Below are positions 60,159 through 64,000 of a stretch of DNA of 64,000 nucleotides, piece by piece. The DNA is taken from contig CAVOSJ010000002.1 in NCBI GenBank assembly GCA_963698885.1, positions 369,169 through 433,168 on the forward strand, given 5' to 3'. A model generated the notes under the pieces. It did no database searches. It saw nothing but the letters and a program-made list of their open reading frames with translations, and had not been told where the DNA came from. Both the position numbers and the translations under genes were made by a program. The DNA comes from Nitrospirota bacterium. GTDB lineage: Bacteria > Nitrospirota > JACRHJ01. Position 1 is the first letter of the stretch; each line of letters opens with the position of its first letter.

Positions 60159-61650
60159 ATGCGTTTCTTTTCAGCGGTAGGCAGCATATTGATTGCCCTG
60201 ACGGTCTTTGCCGCGCCGGCTATGGCGGCCGACCAGTCGGTAAGCGACGTTCTGGTCGAGGCCTTGCATTCAAAAGGGGTGCTGGACGATACCACTTACA
60301 CTGACATCAAGAACACGGAGGCGGCCGGGGGCCAGCAGGCTTTGGACAGGAAGCTGGTCGAGATCATGCACAACAAGGGGCTTATAGACGACGCCACCTA
60401 CGGCAAGCTCTCCGCACAGGCGGAGGCCGCCTGCCGCGGCACCTGCGCCAGTTCAGACGGCGGCCCCCGCCCCTGTCCAGGCCGCATCGGAACGTCCGTT
60501 TGACAAGAGCCTGTCCTCGCTTGAAGAAGGTTTCGCCCGCCTGGGCGGCGATACGGTAAAGCTTAAGATAGGGACCTGGTTCCAGGGCGGCTGGGCCTAC
60601 GACGACAGGAAGGGCGGTCATGCTGTAAGCCTCCCCTTCGACGACGTCAGCGCGCCCTCTGCAAACACGTCCAACTCGGCCTATATGCGTTTTGCCAGGC
60701 TGTACTTCAACGGCACACTGGACGACAAGGTCGGTTTCAGGATTATGGTCGACGGCGCGGGCGGTACTACTACGCTTAACGACGCCTATGTCTGGTTCGA
60801 CTATATACCGTACACCAGGGTGACATTCGGCCAGTTCCTCACCCCGTTCGGAGACGATTCCTGGCACGCGCCGTTCGAGCTGCCGATGATCAACTACGCC
60901 CTTATCACCGACTATATGCAGTTCGCCAATTTCCGCGATGTCGGCCTTATGGTTTCCAGCAAGTACGTGAGCACGGGGCCGTGGCCGGTCGGCGCCGGCA
61001 TAGCCACGGCTGTAATAAACGGCAGCAACAAAAACGTCATCGATACCAACGGCTACAAGGACTGGATCGGCCGCGCATGGATAAATCCGTTTGTCCCGGG
61101 TCTGTCCGTGGGCGGCTCCTGGTATTTGGGCAAAGTCGGCACCGCCAAGGACCGTGATTGGCAGCGTTGGGGCGCGGACTTCGATTACGCCCCGCCCTCC
61201 GGCCCGGCGAAAGGCCTGATGCTGCGCGGCGAGTACGCCTACCAGAGGAAATTTGTAGTGGCTAAGGCGGCGACGGAAGACACGGTCGGCATAGTGGGCG
61301 GGGTGCCAACAGTCATTCCCGGCACACCTGCCGTGGAAGGCATGACCCAGTCCAGGGGCTGGTACGTCGAAGGCGCGTACAGGCTGAACCCGTTGCCAGG
61401 TTTCCTGGCCAACTTCGAGCCGACTCTCCGCTACGAACAGCTAGAGGAACTGAACGTGTCATCCAGCAGGATACAGAGAACCACGTTCGGCCTCAACTAT
61501 TGGCTGAACAAGTACACTCGGCTTCTGGCCAACTACGAGATGTACGACACGGAAAGCGGCGTAAACGGCGACTTAAACGGTACGCATTTTGCCACAGGGA
61601 AAGCCGGTAACCACGACGTTACCACCGTCAACTTCCAGATATGGTTTTAA
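60159..61650 (+). CDS. Outer-membrane porin of the OprO/OprP (Porin_O_P) family, apparent frameshift between ~60400 and 60500
   Basis: Signal peptide in ORF 60159-60503. Beta-barrel body with a C-terminal Phe in ORF 60685-61650, whose frame is open back to ~60490. Confidence 0.6.
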
Positions 61651-61765
61651 AGGGAAGCCTGATGAGGAAATCATAATTTAGTTGTAAATGGGACGGCCTT
61701 GCGATAGTTTTTTTTGCAAGGCCGTCCTCCCGCGTTTAAACCTGTGAAGACTCATGGAGGTAGTG

Positions 61766-63742
<1,977 letters not shown>

Positions 63743-63743
63743 A

Positions 63744-63784
63744 CCGTTACCTTTTTGGAAAAAGGTAACACCAAAAACTTGTAA
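63744..63784. repeat. Inverted second copy of the ~40-bp GTTACC-T5...A5-GGTAAC palindromic element seen at 2920-2962
   Basis: Its reverse complement, acaagtttttggtgttacctttttccaaaaaggtaacggttt, matches 2916-2956 except for a 1-nt loop difference. Lies 2 nt after the acs stop. Confidence 0.45.
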
Positions 63785-64000
63785 ACCGTACGGCTTAGCG
63801 CCCGCAAACGCCGAAAAATCTGTTACGTTTCACAACAAAGGGGTTAGGCTGTTAAGCCTAACCCCTTAGGATATGGAATAAAATCCGCTACAATTTCGCT
63901 ACAGCGGCGGCATTTTAGGCAAGAAAATGGGGGGTTATGGCAAGCCCGTAACCCCGTGAATTTTAGGCGATACTGGGTTTGAGCCAGTGACCCTGCCGTG

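Overview
High-GC (~60%) bacterial chromosomal contig with dense coding on both strands and no rRNA, tRNA, CRISPR, transposase or phage genes found. The organism is probably an anaerobe (desulforedoxin, B12-dependent class II RNR, ferredoxin, sigma-54 regulation), possibly Desulfobacterota-like; this is inference only. Content left to right: MFS transporter (5' partial); folD-fchA; two tandem small secreted paralogs behind a strongly structured leader; a large Gly/Thr-rich repetitive secreted protein broken by several frameshifts; PBP1A; TVP38/DedA-like protein; periplasmic MsrAB; lipoprotein and membrane protein genes; a HlyD/ABC/ABC-2 export operon interrupted by a low-GC glycosyltransferase-encoding segment; YyaL-type thioredoxin protein; ferredoxin; class II RNR (nrdJ) plus a radical-SAM enzyme; SDR; pterin-binding protein; NifU-like protein; an unlisted desulforedoxin gene; AhpD-like protein; deoC; pabC-pabB; pyrE; CheY-like receiver; degraded dtd; ttcA; corA; SulP sulfate permease; a DUF3047 gene and a phosphoesterase gene that share an unusual 11-bp-periodic upstream repeat; an orphan ParA-like ATPase flanked by an 11-mer-repeat protein and a DUF4177 protein; an amino-acid ABC binding protein; an OMF-MFP-RND efflux operon; a minus-strand cluster of inactive HtrA homolog, multi-PDZ HtrA, repeat-containing flotillin and TadG-like vWA protein; and a CrbS/CrbR-like two-component system (DUF4212, SSS-domain histidine kinase, sigma-54 activator) upstream of a sigma-54 promoter driving satP, an OprO/P-type porin and acs. 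At least nine genes carry apparent frameshifts, mostly at homopolymers, which suggests an error-prone assembly rather than genuine decay. The most unusual candidates are the ParA/11-mer-repeat/DUF4177 module and the vWA-flotillin-HtrA cluster. A 40-bp GTTACC...GGTAAC palindromic element occurs at both ends of the window in inverted orientation.
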